Shown piece by piece: positions 63,670 to 64,000 of a stretch of 64,000 bases of DNA. A program made the translations under genes and the position numbers. Source of the stretch: Chiloscyllium plagiosum (lineage: Eukaryota); the NCBI RefSeq assembly GCF_004010195.1, contig NC_057751.1, positions 19,430,535 to 19,494,534 on the forward strand, written 5' to 3'. Within the stretch, counting starts at the first letter, position 1. Each line of letters opens with the position of its first letter. The notes under the pieces are model-generated. The model was not told where the DNA came from. It was given only the letters and a program-made list of their open reading frames with translations, and ran no database searches.

Positions 63670-63860
63670 ATAGTACTGAAGAAACTCAGCAGGTCTGACC
63701 ATCTCTATGGAGAGAAAAAGAGTCAGTGTTTCAAGTTCAGAAACCTTTTGTCAGAACTAGGGTCGATGAAAGGTCAGTGGACTCGAAACATTAACTTGGT
63801 GTTTCTCTCAAAAGGTACTGGAGACCTGCTGAGTTTTCCCTCCAACACTTGTTGCATTTG
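63670..63860. mobile_element. Degraded fold-back PLE family C element
   Basis: aaactcagcaggtct ... agacctgctgagttt inverted arms; gatga-a-aggtc-agtg-gactc-gaaacatt motif. Confidence 0.6.
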
Positions 63861-63879
63861 TTTTAAGTGTCTGTTGCTT

Positions 63880-64000
63880 AGACATAGAAAATAGGAGCAG
63901 GAGTAGGTCATTTGGCTCATTCAGCCTACCCTGTAATTTAACACGATTGTGTCCGATCCTCGATCTCAACACTCATCTGCTCTCTCCCCTATGCCCCTCC
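63880..64000 (-). mobile_element. CR1 3' tail (runs out of the window)
   Basis: Similar to the CR1 tails at 27100 and 19950. Confidence 0.6.

Overview
Eukaryotic genomic DNA from a cartilaginous fish (shark or ray, inferred from HE1-type SINEs and HER1/CR1 LINEs), made up largely of transposon debris, with one 332-N assembly gap (42220-42551). The only host gene I can support is the 5' part of a STAT5/6-class transcription factor on the + strand, most likely STAT6. Six frame-compatible GT-AG coding exons (44128-44252, 44937-45078, 45732-45827, 54359-54566, 55963-56063, 61709-61857) encode about 274 aa of N-terminal and coiled-coil domain. The gene continues beyond the window and its first non-coding exon was not located. 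Repeats include amniote-like CR1, a second CR1-group LINE, L2, Tx1, Rex1/Babar, Gypsy and pogo remnants, several SINE families and many Penelope-like element (PLE) pieces. Two signals stand out. (1) At least four sequence-distinct PLE terminal families carry a minimal hammerhead-ribozyme core (CTGAnGA-stem II-GAAA) with family-specific, co-varying stems; many occur as short fold-back insertions with 11-18 bp target-site duplications. (2) A near full-length, apparently ORF1-less LINE has 5' and 3' ends that both match an abundant tRNA-derived SINE. Repeat family names are from recognition, not database searches, and repeat boundaries are approximate.
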